DNA of 63,928 nt, counting the filler, from an uncultured Methanoregulaceae archaeon (GTDB lineage: Archaea > Halobacteriota > Methanomicrobia > Methanomicrobiales > Methanospirillaceae), in assembly GCA_964530035.1 (NCBI GenBank). It is 5 parts of 5 records of this genome, joined end to end, with 100 filler letters (N's around TTAATTAATTAA, not from the genome) between each part and the next. Parts side by side here need not be neighbours in the genome. Positions count along the whole stretch, not along the records: positions 14,643 to 29,128 come from CAZGXZ010000052.1; positions 29,229 to 43,688 come from CAZGXZ010000053.1; 3 more parts are not named here. The stretch is one strand, 5' to 3'. Under the pieces are notes generated by a model. It ran no database searches, was not told the DNA's origin, and saw only the letters and a program-made list of their open reading frames with translations. Numbering within the stretch: the stretch's first letter is position 1; the number at the start of each line of letters is the position of its first letter. Made by a program: the position numbers and the translations under genes. Shown piece by piece: positions 19,454 through 29,476 of the stretch.

Positions 19454-20368
19454 ATGCAGACTCTCCGCCCCGGAATCATCGTGGTCGACAAGCCGAGAGG
19501 ACCTTCCTCACACCAGGTCGCCGCCTGGGTCGGGCGCCTGTGCGGCATGCCGGTAGGCCACAGCGGGACTCTCGACCCCGGGGTTTCCGGAGTACTCGTG
19601 GTAATGCTGGGTAACGCGGTTCGCCTGACTCCCATCCTGCACCGGGACGACAAGGAGTATGTCTGCCTGCTGCGCCTCCACGGGGACGTTGCCGTTCCTG
19701 ATATCGATCAGGCGGTTGCCTCTTTCACCGGGAAAATATACCAGCGCCCGCCCCGCAGGAGTGCGGTCAAGAGGAGTCTCCGGATCAGGACGATCCACAG
19801 GATTGATATCCTCGACATCAACGGGCGCCTTGTTTTATTCAGGGTGAAATGCGATTCCGGCACCTATGTCCGTTCGCTGTGTCACCACATCGGGCTGGCG
19901 CTTGGTACTGGCGGACACATGGCGGAACTGCGGAGGACCCGCGCAGGGATATTTGCAGAGACAGATGCCCATACACTCCACGAAATTGCCGATGCATCAG
20001 AATGTGCCAGGAACGGGGACCTCGGACCTTTATCCGCAATGATCCTGCCGCCGTCAACGGTTTCCGGACGTCTTCAGCGAGTAGTCCTCCGTGATTCGGC
20101 AGTGGACGCCATCTGTCACGGAGCCGCTCTCGCCGGGGTGGGCGTGGTGATGAAGGGTAATTTCAGGGCTGGAGAAGAGGTCGCCGTGTATTCGAGGGAC
20201 GACCGCCTGGTCTGTCTTGCTGAAGCTATCCTTGATTCATCGTCATGGGAACCCGGAAGCCCGGGGCTGGTGCTTGCACCCCGGACGGTTTTCATGGCGC
20301 CGGGAACCTATCCCCGGGGCTGGAAGCGTCGCCACCAGGCCCGGGACAGGCAGGGACATAACCTTTAA
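19454..20368 (+). CDS. cbf5: Pseudouridine synthase Cbf5 (TruB family) with PUA domain
   Basis: DKPRGPSSHQV, GHSGTLDP, YQRPP..SAVKR, GTYVR. Confidence 0.96.
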   Translation: MQTLRPGIIVVDKPRGPSSHQVAAWVGRLCGMPVGHSGTLDPGVSGVLVVMLGNAVRLTPILHRDDKEYVCLLRLHGDVAVPDIDQAVASFTGKIYQRPPRRSAVKRSLRIRTIHRIDILDINGRLVLFRVKCDSGTYVRSLCHHIGLALGTGGHMAELRRTRAGIFAETDAHTLHEIADASECARNGDLGPLSAMILPPSTVSGRLQRVVLRDSAVDAICHGAALAGVGVVMKGNFRAGEEVAVYSRDDRLVCLAEAILDSSSWEPGSPGLVLAPRTVFMAPGTYPRGWKRRHQARDRQGHNL

Positions 20369-20412
20369 AAAAGGAACGGGCTTATAATAAGAGGACTGGT
20401 ACGTTTTTTCGT

Positions 20413-20498
20413 GCTGAGGTAGTCTAGCTTGGAAAGGCGCAGGCCTGGAAAGCCTGTGGGGCGTTTGCCCCTCGGGAGTTCAAATCCCCCCCTCAGCG
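20413..20498 (+). tRNA. tRNA-Ser(GGA)
   Basis: Acceptor GCTGAGG/CCTCAGC, anticodon arm CAGGC-CTGGAAA-GCCTG, long variable arm, GTTCAAATC; TATA upstream at ~20382. Confidence 0.96.
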
Positions 20499-20528
20499 TT
20501 CCTATGCAAGATCCCGAAAAAATGTTTC

Positions 20529-21113
20529 TCACGGGTTGCATCCGGCAGCCCTGCCCATCGCAAATGCTTTTTCGTTCAGGGAGCGGGTTTTTTCTGGTAC
20601 TGTCCGCCTGACCGCCTCGATGAGAGCTTCATAGGAAAGCGGGAGGTAGACCGATGCAGCTCCAAGCATGACCACATTCTGGGCCAGCGGACTTCCTGCC
20701 CGCGTGGCAATGCCGGCTGCGTCGACAATACACAGCCGGGTGCCCGCGAGAGCCGAGATGACCCCGCTCTCTTCAGGGACGGGGAGGCCACGGGCATAGA
20801 CCGATGTCGGGACCACCAGGCTGCGGCTGGTTACCAGTGGAGCATCCTCACGGAGGAAATACCGCGCCCTGAACCCTTCCAGCAGGTCGAACGCAATGAT
20901 AAGATCAGCCGAACCCGGGGGGATGAGAGGGCCGAACGTGGACCCGATGCGGATATGGCTCTCGACCGACCCGCCGCGCTGGGCCATTCCATGGGTCTCA
21001 GCACCGCGGACAGGTATCCCTTCGATAACACAGGCCTCCCCAAGGATATTGGATGCGAGGACTGTTCCCTGACCGCCAATCCCGACCACAAGGACATCAA
21101 AGCGGCAGTTCAT
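20529..21113 (-). CDS. iorB: Indolepyruvate:ferredoxin oxidoreductase beta subunit
   Basis: VGIGGQG, ETHGMAQRGGSV, NVVMLGA. Confidence 0.95.
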   Translation of the reverse strand: MNCRFDVLVVGIGGQGTVLASNILGEACVIEGIPVRGAETHGMAQRGGSVESHIRIGSTFGPLIPPGSADLIIAFDLLEGFRARYFLREDAPLVTSRSLVVPTSVYARGLPVPEESGVISALAGTRLCIVDAAGIATRAGSPLAQNVVMLGAASVYLPLSYEALIEAVRRTVPEKTRSLNEKAFAMGRAAGCNP

Positions 21114-22885
21114 CTCCTGACCTCCTTCCGGATGGCTCCTGATGGGCAGATCTCAGCGCAGACACCACAACCGCTGCATAGATCAGTTATCCGCGCCTTT
21201 TCCTCTTCAAACTCAATTGCGGGGCAGCCGAACCGGATACATGCCCCGCAGCCCGTACAGGCCTCCATGTCAACCATGTACGGTTTTCTTTTGACGCCTG
21301 CCCGCCGGTCAGAGATCACACAGGGTTGTCTCGCGATTATTACCCGCACACCGGTCTTATCCCGGGCTGCCTTCAGGACTTCAAGGAACTGGGTCATCGC
21401 ATGGGGGCTTGCGGTTTCTACAAAAGCAGCCCCACAACTCCGGCATATCGCCTCAAGGGAAACGGGAGGTGATTCCATGCCGGTAGCCGTCCGCCCGGTA
21501 ACCGGGTTCGGCTGGTGGCCGGTCATGGCCGTGACGCGGTTGTCCAGGATGATGACGACCATGTCGGCACTGTTATAGACCGCGTTCAGGAGCCCGGTAA
21601 TCCCTGAATGCAAGAAAGTCGAATCCCCGATGGTACATACAACCGGCTTGCCGGTATTGGAGTGGGCTATCCCGCTGCCGATAGTGATCGATGCACCCAT
21701 ACAGATGGTAGTATCCACAGTCCCCATCTGCAGTCCAAGCGTGTAGCACCCGATATCGCTGGGATAAACCGAATCCGGGAATATCCTGCGTATGGCATAC
21801 ATAGCCGAGCGGTGCATGCAGCCAGCGCAAAGGATCGGGGGCCTGGGTGGAACTTCGTCGGGCTGCCGCGGTTGAGCAAAAATATTTTTTTCCAGAAATC
21901 CCGTAGAAATCAGGACTTTTTCAACCGCAAGGGGAGAGAGCTCTCCTTCGTAGGGCACATGCCCGGTCTTCTTCCCGAAAACAGGAACCGTTCCCGACAG
22001 TTCCCTCACCTGCGTTTCAATCACCGGCGCGAGTTCCTCAATGACCAGGACCTCCTCGTGCCGGGAAATAAATGATGAAAGCCACTCGTCGTCAACAGGA
22101 TATGCACCAATGACCATGAGCGAGGTCCCTTCAGGAAGAACCTCCCTGACATAGCTTGCTGATATCCCTCCGGTTATCACTGCTTTCTTTCCCCTGATCT
22201 CGAAGTGGTTGTACCCCTTTTCAACGAGCAGACGCCTGATGCCGGGCTGTTTTTCATTGAGGGCCTTGTGAAGGAGCCTGGTATGGGCAGGGATGACGAC
22301 ATACTGGCGTACGTCCTTTTCAAAAACCCCCGCCCTGTGTTCAGCCTTCATTTCCCCGAGTACTACATCACTTTTTGAATGACATACCCGGGTCGTTGGC
22401 CGGAAGATAACAGGGAGTCCGGTGCCCTCAGAGAGCGTGAATGCATCCCGCATCATGTCGTGCGCTTCCTGAACCGATGACGGGTCGAGGCAGGGAACCC
22501 GGGCAAACTGGGCATATACCCTGCTGTCCTGCTCGTTCTGTGAACTGTGAGCGAATGGGTCATCCGCGCTCATGATCACGAGTCCACCCTTCACACCGGT
22601 ATAGGCGCTTGTCATCAGCGGGTCGGCGGCCACGTTGAGCCCCACGTGCTTCATCGTGCAAAGGGCGCGCAATCCGCACCAGGATGCCCCGATTGCATTT
22701 TCAAGTGCAACCTTTTCATTCACCGACCATTCGATGTAACAGCCCGGGTCGGGGTGCACACGGAGCGTGTCCACGACTTCGGATGACGGGGTGCCAGGAT
22801 ATCCGCAGATAAAGTCAGCGGGCACTTCACGTGCGGCATGAGCGATGGCCTCATTTCCGAGGAGATATCGTCTTTCCATACGCAT
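21110..22885 (-). CDS. iorA: Indolepyruvate:ferredoxin oxidoreductase alpha subunit
   Basis: LGNEAIA, YPGTPSSE, MKHVGLNVAADP, GDSTFLHSG, C-terminal 2[4Fe-4S]. Confidence 0.96.
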   Translation of the reverse strand: MRMERRYLLGNEAIAHAAREVPADFICGYPGTPSSEVVDTLRVHPDPGCYIEWSVNEKVALENAIGASWCGLRALCTMKHVGLNVAADPLMTSAYTGVKGGLVIMSADDPFAHSSQNEQDSRVYAQFARVPCLDPSSVQEAHDMMRDAFTLSEGTGLPVIFRPTTRVCHSKSDVVLGEMKAEHRAGVFEKDVRQYVVIPAHTRLLHKALNEKQPGIRRLLVEKGYNHFEIRGKKAVITGGISASYVREVLPEGTSLMVIGAYPVDDEWLSSFISRHEEVLVIEELAPVIETQVRELSGTVPVFGKKTGHVPYEGELSPLAVEKVLISTGFLEKNIFAQPRQPDEVPPRPPILCAGCMHRSAMYAIRRIFPDSVYPSDIGCYTLGLQMGTVDTTICMGASITIGSGIAHSNTGKPVVCTIGDSTFLHSGITGLLNAVYNSADMVVIILDNRVTAMTGHQPNPVTGRTATGMESPPVSLEAICRSCGAAFVETASPHAMTQFLEVLKAARDKTGVRVIIARQPCVISDRRAGVKRKPYMVDMEACTGCGACIRFGCPAIEFEEEKARITDLCSGCGVCAEICPSGAIRKEVRR

Positions 22886-22993
22886 GATCCGTTTTGTTTT
22901 GAGAGTATGGGACGTGTCTGCTTGTATACTTCACCTCCCCTCCTCCCGGGAGGTTTTCATAACCTATAATAACCACAAAAGGTTACCTTACTA

Positions 22994-23078
22994 GGGANNN
23001 NNNNNNNCCCGTAGCATAGCCCGGTGGTGCGCCCGGCTGATAACCGGGAGGTCATGCGTTCGAATCGCATCGGGCCCA
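22994..23078 (+). tRNA. tRNA-Ile(GAT), 5' acceptor strand interrupted by a 10-N scaffold gap
   Basis: CCCGG-CTGATAA-CCGGG anticodon arm, GTTCGAATC T-loop, 3' CGGGCCCA; GGG before the gap and CCCG after it. Confidence 0.92.
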
Positions 23079-23110
23079 TTCTCTTTATCCATCCGGGAGT
23101 GGCCAGTTTC

Positions 23111-23566
23111 ATGACAGAAAAATACGTGTATGTCCTCGCTGCGGGTATCCTGGCAAGCCTTCTGGTTGCCGTTTTCCAGGACATCTACGCAGGCGGGATC
23201 CTTTTCATCATCGTCCTTGTGCTCGGTATGTCGTTCTTCATCATGAGCGACACCCGGGTCCTCCCTGACGTCCACGCGAGCCTTTCTGAGGATGCCAAGA
23301 CCCTCGTCATCAGGAACAGGGGGAATGCCGATGCCTTCGGGGTTCATGCAACCATCGTCCCTCACAACATCGAGATTGAAAGGGACCGGATGGCACCTGA
23401 CGAGCCGTTTACCTACCCCCTTGCGTCCATGATGAACGAGGGGAAGGCAATCATTACATTCAAAGACGAAAAAGGGAGGGATTTTGTAGAACGTGACGTC
23501 CTTTCCCCGTCACTTGCCGAAGAAGACCTGTTAAAACCCATGTTCCCTCTTTTCAGGTGGAAATAA
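23111..23566 (+). CDS. Conserved hypothetical membrane protein
   Basis: Two N-terminal TM helices, IRNRGNADA motif, gene-like codon usage. Confidence 0.7.
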   Translation: MTEKYVYVLAAGILASLLVAVFQDIYAGGILFIIVLVLGMSFFIMSDTRVLPDVHASLSEDAKTLVIRNRGNADAFGVHATIVPHNIEIERDRMAPDEPFTYPLASMMNEGKAIITFKDEKGRDFVERDVLSPSLAEEDLLKPMFPLFRWK

Positions 23567-23574
23567 GGGGTTTT

Positions 23575-24126
23575 TTATCGCTTTTTTGCGTCGATGAACG
23601 TGAGGACACGTTCTAATGCTGCTATCAGTTCCTCCTCCACCGCGTTGAAGTCCCGCAGCGCACGGTACAGCATGAACATGACCTCGTAGCCATAGACCTC
23701 CATAATGACGGCCGGTTCAATGGCGGCCTGGAAGGCATCGACCCTCCCTCCCTCGAGGCTGTACATAATCTCGTAAAACCGACCGTCCTCACCCAGGACG
23801 CAAAACTGGTCGGTGACAGGTTTGGAGGGGTGATCAGGCCTGAATGGAACAGGGTCGGTCTTACCAAGGAGCAGCATCCTGCCCTTGAAATACTCCACCC
23901 CGAACAGTTCACCACCCTGACCGTCCTGCGTGCCGGACCGTATCATCTCAAGGCCGACCTTCGGGACGAGAGGGGCGGCCAGGGATGCCATCCGGTCCAT
24001 AAGCGTGGCGGATTTTTCATTGATAACCCGTGCTCTCTCTTCATTCTCTTCGTGTTTCTTTTCGAGGACCTGGACGAGGGTCGAAAAACCCTCCTCGATT
24101 TTTTGTATAGTACCGTTGTCTTCCAT
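23575..24126 (-). CDS. Hypothetical protein
   Basis: Natural-looking ORF from MEDNG, convergent with the previous gene. Confidence 0.7.
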   Translation of the reverse strand: MEDNGTIQKIEEGFSTLVQVLEKKHEENEERARVINEKSATLMDRMASLAAPLVPKVGLEMIRSGTQDGQGGELFGVEYFKGRMLLLGKTDPVPFRPDHPSKPVTDQFCVLGEDGRFYEIMYSLEGGRVDAFQAAIEPAVIMEVYGYEVMFMLYRALRDFNAVEEELIAALERVLTFIDAKKR

Positions 24127-24169
24127 GGAAATCGTATTGTCTCCTTTATTCAGGCCGGTTCTGCTGCAT

Positions 24170-25558
24170 TCACGTCCCTGTTCCGGCATCTGCCGGTTCA
24201 CCGGTAAAGAAATAGGTCCTGTCCTGCAGGACCCTGACATTCATACGCGTCCCGACAGGGAACCTGCCCCTGACTACCACTCCCCGGTATGCCGGAGTCC
24301 TGCAGGTTACGGAACCCTCCCTGACGACCTCCGTGACAATGACGGGGACGACCGAACCGATAATACCTGCGTTTTTTTCATGGTAAATGCCTTCTGCAAG
24401 GCGCTGGAGCGCCCTGGACCGGTCTTTCTTGATCCGGTCAGGAAAATCACGCAGCTGCGCGGCAGGCGTCCCTGGCCGTTTCGAAAAGCGGGTTATATTC
24501 ACCTTGTCAGGTTTCAGGTTCCGGACAAGCTCGCAGGTCTCGGAAAAATCATCTTCTGTCTCACCGGGAAAGCCGCATATGACATCGGTCATCAGGAACA
24601 GGTCAGGCATCCTGTCCCTGAATTCCTGTACAATATACTTCACATCATCGGCAGAATACCCCCGGTTCATCCTCTCAAGGACCCGCGCCGAACCCGACTG
24701 GACAGGGAGGTGGAGGAAACGGAAGACCTTTGGATGGTCCCATGCCGAGGGAAGGTCATGAAGGAAGGGCATGACAGATGCAGGGTTCATCATCCCGACC
24801 CTCACCATGAAATCGCCAGGTTGTGAGACCACGGAAGCGAGCAGACGCAGGAAGGAGGTCGGTGTTTCAAGGCCGTACGCGGCGACGTCCTGCCCGGTAA
24901 GCCGTATCTCTGCAACACCTGCGGCAACCGCGGACCGGACCTGCAGGCCCACCCGTTCCAGGGGAATACTCTTCACACGTCCCCGCGCGAACCGCGTGAT
25001 ACAGTAGGAACAATTCCCATTGCATCCTTCTGCGACCTGTACTATGCCAGAATGCGAGTGTGGCGGGGATTCGAGAGAATCAAAGGCTGCATGAACATCT
25101 CTTGGGAAGACGACCCCTGGCCCTCCCGCTTGCCGGACCAGTTCCTTGCGGGCAATGGGGAGACAGCCGGTAAGGATTGTCTCCCGTCCAAGGTTTTCAC
25201 GGACTCGCCGCATCATCGCCCGATCTGTTGCAGCCGTCACGGTGCAGGTGTTTATCACGACCAGGTCCGCTTCTTCCGGTCGTGACACCAGAAGGCACCC
25301 CTGGTCCTCAAGGACTGCTGCGAGCATCTCAGCGTCCCGTTCGTTATAGGTGCACCCATAACTCTCGATCCAGACATGCCGCCCTGTGATCGATTTCAGC
25401 CGATCATATGACGGCACCGGCACATGATCAGGACATTGGTCTTTGACGGGAACTTGGCAAGAGATATCGTTCCCGGGATGACCATGCAAATCCTCGTGCC
25501 GGATGCAGGCCGGGTCTGCACGGTGCTTCCTGTCTGCCATGGCTGAGGGTATTATCAT
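24170..25558 (-). CDS. MiaB-like radical SAM tRNA methylthiotransferase (archaeal MtaB type) with TRAM domain; start uncertain
   Basis: SYGCTYN, INTCTV, TGCL, EGCNGNCSYC, HLPVQSGS, GFPGET. Confidence 0.9.
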   Translation of the reverse strand: MIIPSAMADRKHRADPACIRHEDLHGHPGNDISCQVPVKDQCPDHVPVPSYDRLKSITGRHVWIESYGCTYNERDAEMLAAVLEDQGCLLVSRPEEADLVVINTCTVTAATDRAMMRRVRENLGRETILTGCLPIARKELVRQAGGPGVVFPRDVHAAFDSLESPPHSHSGIVQVAEGCNGNCSYCITRFARGRVKSIPLERVGLQVRSAVAAGVAEIRLTGQDVAAYGLETPTSFLRLLASVVSQPGDFMVRVGMMNPASVMPFLHDLPSAWDHPKVFRFLHLPVQSGSARVLERMNRGYSADDVKYIVQEFRDRMPDLFLMTDVICGFPGETEDDFSETCELVRNLKPDKVNITRFSKRPGTPAAQLRDFPDRIKKDRSRALQRLAEGIYHEKNAGIIGSVVPVIVTEVVREGSVTCRTPAYRGVVVRGRFPVGTRMNVRVLQDRTYFFTGEPADAGTGT

Positions 25559-25585
25559 TATCCACAGTTGCCAATGAGTATATGC

Positions 25586-26344
25586 ATGTTAAGAGTCGGG
25601 TTGCTCGGCTGCGGCAATATTGGGAAAATCATCGTCAAGAACAACAACAGCGTGGATATAACCGCGCTTTTTGATAAATTACCCGAAAGGGCCGATGAAG
25701 CCGCACTCATCTCCGGGGGTAAGCCCTGCTCTGACTTTTCCTCATTCATATCCGAGGAACTGGACCTTGTTGTCGAGGCAGCTTCGGTAAAGGCGGTGAG
25801 GGAATACGGAATAGAAGTTCTATCAAGCAACAAGGACCTAGTAGTACTTTCTGTGGGTGCGTTCTCAGACCCCGTATTCCGGGAAGATATGATCGCTACC
25901 GCTGAACAATGGGGCAGGAAGATCTACATACCAAGCGGCGCAATAATCGGCCTTGATAATTTGAAAGTAGGTCAGATTTCAGAGATCACTCATCTCCTCC
26001 TACGGACGACGAAAAGTCCCGCATCTCTCGGGATCACGGCGTTCGAAAAAACACTGGTCTTCAAAGGGAAAGCCAATGAATGCATCAAGGAGTTCCCAAG
26101 GAACGTAAATGTCTCGGTTGCGCTCTCCCTTGCAGCGGGGAGGGACGCAGATGTCGAACTGTGGGCAGATCCTTCAGTCGAACGCAACATTCATGAAATT
26201 TTTGCCGAAGGGGTTTTCGGCGAGGCGTACCTGAAGATCAGCAATGTCCCGAGTCCGGACAACCCGGGGACCAGCTACCTCGCCGCCCTCTCCATCCTGA
26301 CGCTTCTCAAGAACCTTGAAAACCCGTTAGTCGTCGGGACCTGA
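25586..26344 (+). CDS. nadX: L-aspartate dehydrogenase
   Basis: GCGNIG, VVEAAS, PSGAIIGLD, FPRNVNV, NIHEI, NPGTSYLAALS. Confidence 0.95.
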   Translation: MLRVGLLGCGNIGKIIVKNNNSVDITALFDKLPERADEAALISGGKPCSDFSSFISEELDLVVEAASVKAVREYGIEVLSSNKDLVVLSVGAFSDPVFREDMIATAEQWGRKIYIPSGAIIGLDNLKVGQISEITHLLLRTTKSPASLGITAFEKTLVFKGKANECIKEFPRNVNVSVALSLAAGRDADVELWADPSVERNIHEIFAEGVFGEAYLKISNVPSPDNPGTSYLAALSILTLLKNLENPLVVGT

Positions 26345-26403
26345 TAGGAAGGGATGAGATCCGTAAAGCTTGAATAATAAAGTCCCTTCACTCCCTGGTA
26401 TAC

Positions 26404-27249
26404 ATGGATCTCCATGAAACCCTGATCTCCTATATCCTCGAAGACGCCCCCCTGGGCGATATTACCTCTGAGCGGGTAGTCCCCGCTGATGCCACCTGCA
26501 CTGCGGTGATATACATGAAAGAGGACGGCATTGTGGCCGGCCTCGAGGAGTTCTCTTTTCTTGCCCGGTGGGCTGGCCTTTCCGTGACGCTCGATATAAA
26601 GGACGGCCAGCCGGTCAGGAAAGGGACCATAATTGGCAGCTGTTCTGGAAATACGAGGAAAGTGCTTCTTATCGAGCGTACTGTCCTGAATGTTATCGGG
26701 AGGATGAGTGGAATCGCCACGATCACCTCGGCGCTTGCATCCATTGTCCGGAAGAAGAATCCTGACTGCAGGATTGCAGCAACACGAAAAACAGCACCAG
26801 GCTCGCGCCTTATTGATAAAAAGGCGGTGTTTATTGGTGGTGGCGACCCTCACCGCTCCGGTCTTTCCGACGGGATCCTTATCAAGGACAACCACCTCGC
26901 AGTAACGCCTCTTGAGGAGGCTCTCCGTCTTTCATGTGCTGTTTCGCGATACCGGCCCACAGAGGTCGAGGTTGAAAACCTAAAAGACGCTCTCGTCGCT
27001 GCCCGGAACGGTGCTTCCATAATTCTCCTGGACAATATGAGGCCCGATGATATTCGTGCGACCGACAGAGCTCTGGTAGAGAACGGGCTAAGGGACAGGG
27101 TGCTCCTCGAGGCGTCCGGAGGCATAACCCCCAGGAATATTGAAGACTATGCAGATTCGGGTGTTGACCTCATAAGTCTCGGGTGTATCACCCACTCAAC
27201 TCCCAGCATCGATGTCAGCATGGAGATCCTCCCTGCGGACATGGCATAA
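26404..27249 (+). CDS. nadC: Quinolinate phosphoribosyltransferase
   Basis: ATRKTAPG, HRSGLSDGILIKDNH, EVEVE, ILLDNM, EASGGI. Confidence 0.96.
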   Translation: MDLHETLISYILEDAPLGDITSERVVPADATCTAVIYMKEDGIVAGLEEFSFLARWAGLSVTLDIKDGQPVRKGTIIGSCSGNTRKVLLIERTVLNVIGRMSGIATITSALASIVRKKNPDCRIAATRKTAPGSRLIDKKAVFIGGGDPHRSGLSDGILIKDNHLAVTPLEEALRLSCAVSRYRPTEVEVENLKDALVAARNGASIILLDNMRPDDIRATDRALVENGLRDRVLLEASGGITPRNIEDYADSGVDLISLGCITHSTPSIDVSMEILPADMA

Positions 27250-27266
27250 TGTTCTCTCATGTCCAT

Positions 27267-27629
27267 TCACCCCCGGTGGATGTCTGCAGCGGTTTGTATT
27301 ACTATCTCCCGCTCACCCCGGTATGTTGATGCTGTTCCAACAAGGGTAACAGTCTCACCAGCTTTGAGTGGAGGCACAAGACCGGCGGATCCCGGTATGA
27401 AGACTGTTACCTCCCCTATCCGAGCAATGGAGTGCCCCCCGTCACGGGTCATGCTCACCGACTCCACCATACCCTGGTACCTGACGAGGGCTCCGTCCGG
27501 AGTGTCCCTCGAAAAAGTTCCTGAAAATGCAGCCTTGCCAACCGATTCGAGCATCAATGTGGCTGCGGTCAGACAGATGGCAACGGAGATCAGCAGGATG
27601 AGTGCATATCGCTCCTGGGGAGCAAGCAT
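27267..27629 (-). CDS. Membrane-anchored OB-fold protein
   Basis: N-terminal TM helix; GETVTLVG...YRGEREI OB-like end. Confidence 0.65.
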   Translation of the reverse strand: MLAPQERYALILLISVAICLTAATLMLESVGKAAFSGTFSRDTPDGALVRYQGMVESVSMTRDGGHSIARIGEVTVFIPGSAGLVPPLKAGETVTLVGTASTYRGEREIVIQTAADIHRG

Positions 27630-27669
27630 TTTACCCAGGTAAGGGGGATTAGGTAATAAGACCAATAGG

Positions 27670-27691
27670 TTTATACGTTAACGCTGTTAAC
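27670..27691 (+). promoter_or_regulatory. TATA box followed by GTTAAC-n3-GTTAAC putative operator
   Basis: TTTATA at 27670-27675; GTTAAC at 27677-27682 and 27686-27691. Confidence 0.5.
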
Positions 27692-27701
27692 AATATCGTG
27701 T

Positions 27702-27932
27702 ATGCAGGAAACGCATCTGCCACCATCCTCGCGGGTGGTCATGAAGCTCCTTGAGGAGCTCGGATCGCTGACCCACAAGGAGATTGTGGACAAGAGCCAC
27801 CTTGCTCCGCGGACGGTCCGCTACGCCTTAAAAAAACTGAAAGAACAGAACATGATAATTGAGAAGTTCAACTTCAAGGACGCCCGTCAAATCATTTATC
27901 AAAACAAGAAGCCAACCCTGGTAACGGCATGA
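27702..27932 (+). CDS. Small winged-helix transcriptional regulator
   Basis: LPPSSRVV..LL...SLTHKEI....LAPRTVRYALKKL...DARQIIY. Confidence 0.85.
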   Translation: MQETHLPPSSRVVMKLLEELGSLTHKEIVDKSHLAPRTVRYALKKLKEQNMIIEKFNFKDARQIIYQNKKPTLVTA

Positions 27933-28237
27933 TAGGACACAACTGCAACATTACACGATGTGATGCCATGGTCAGGCGGTATCTCCCGGCCATGCGGGCA
28001 GAAATGGTTCACCGGCTTGTAGAAAGTGGAACCATAAGCCAGAGTGATGCAGCCCGCAGGCTGGGAATAACCAGGGCAGCAGTGTCCCAGTATATGAGCC
28101 GGAAACGAGGTGAGGGCGGAGTGGAGATCTCCACGGAAATGAGCCTCCTTATTGACAGGTGGGCTATGGCAGTCCTCAACGGGGAATCTGAGATCGTATT
28201 GTGTGATCTCTGCCGTTGCGCCATGAAAGCGTCATAA
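27929..28237 (+). CDS. HTH transcriptional regulator (COG2522-like)
   Basis: YLPAMRA, SQSDAARRLGITRAAVSQYMSRKRG, C-terminal CxxC. Confidence 0.85.
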   Translation: MIGHNCNITRCDAMVRRYLPAMRAEMVHRLVESGTISQSDAARRLGITRAAVSQYMSRKRGEGGVEISTEMSLLIDRWAMAVLNGESEIVLCDLCRCAMKAS

Positions 28238-28290
28238 AGTCGCTTTAAGTGCTTATTTTCTTTGTCCTCTCATTATTCACCCATGTTGTG

Positions 28291-29128
28291 TCAGTAGTAT
28301 CGTCTACGTCCGTGTCGGACAAGGAGGTACCCTGTCGCAAGAACACAAAGGACGATCCCTGCAAGGATAAGACGAAACTCCCGCGTTACAAAGAATTCAG
28401 GGGTGTTGACGTCCCCTGCTTCCCAGTCGTCCAGAAAGACCCTTGTGTAGTAGGCCCCCACGCCAGGGCTGTCCAGGAGCACTCCTGCCTCGCGGTTAAA
28501 TGCCGGAGAGTTGGTGTTCCAGTTGATGCTCGAGACAAGGACAGTACTGCCATCCACGATTACCCCCTTGTTGTGGATTTTTACAAGGCCGTTTCTGTCC
28601 AGATTCGCGCAGCGTGCTGAAATAGGGATATGTTCGGCCTCTGACAGCCGGTTTATCGCATCAGCCATCTCATCATTGTCGGTTTCATCTTCCACATTGA
28701 ACCAGTACGAATCAAGGAGCACCCGTACAGTCACACCACGGCGCGATGCATTGATAGCTGCGGCAAGGTACCGGTTCCAGCCCCCCTCCGTTTCATTCGT
28801 AATGTATGCCTGTTCGATGTCTATTGACCGTTCGGCGTTCTCCAGGCGTGTTTGCAGGAGATAACTGGTATCGGGAGCAATAACAGGTGTGACCCTGACA
28901 TTCTCAAAACGTTCCGGTGCAAACTCCCGGACATACGGCGCAGTCATCGGTTCCTCGCTGGCCCCGTCCATGCCCTGGATCCGTGATACTGCCGGCCCCT
29001 GGAGGTCAGAGAGGAACACCTGCCTGAAATACCCTGCCACACCCGGGTGCCAGACACTTGCCACCCACCCGCGGTTCCCGGAATATTGTCCATCAGGGAA
29101 ACCGTTTGCACCGAAGTTTTCACTCGAT
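28291..29128 (-). CDS. Phospholipase D-like protein, 5'-truncated
   Basis: HNKGVIVD (HKD) motif, SSINW, NREAG, C-terminal TM anchor. Confidence 0.88.
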
Positions 29129-29228
29129 NNNNNNNNNNNNNNNNNNNNNNNNNNNNNNNNNNNNNNNNNNNNTTAATTAATTAANNNNNNNNNNNNNNNN
29201 NNNNNNNNNNNNNNNNNNNNNNNNNNNN
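29129..29228. other. Artificial contig linker
   Basis: N44-TTAATTAATTAA-N44. Confidence 0.98.
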
Positions 29229-29476
29229 AGATAACCGATATGTTCGGGCTCAAGATCTATACGGAACGGAGCGTCTACGTCGGTGAAGTCGAGGACGTCA
29301 TCATTGATGTGGACAACAAGCGGATAGAGGCGATAGCCGCAGGAAAGGTTAGCCCCGAACTCATCGATGTCAAGAACCACAAGGGAGTCAAGCTGCCCTA
29401 CCGGATGATACGGTCAATCGGCGATGTGGTGGTTATCCGGCACCTCCCGGCTGCGTTCAGGACGACCCCTGAGTGA
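29229..29476 (+). CDS. PRC-barrel protein (CdpB-like), 5'-truncated
   Basis: GLKIYT..SVYVGEVEDVIID...LPYRMIRSIGDVVVI. Confidence 0.85.

Noticed and set aside
22997..23007. Possible intron or integration in the tRNA-Ile acceptor stem
   Set aside because: It is an N gap; GGG plus CCCG rebuilds a normal stem.
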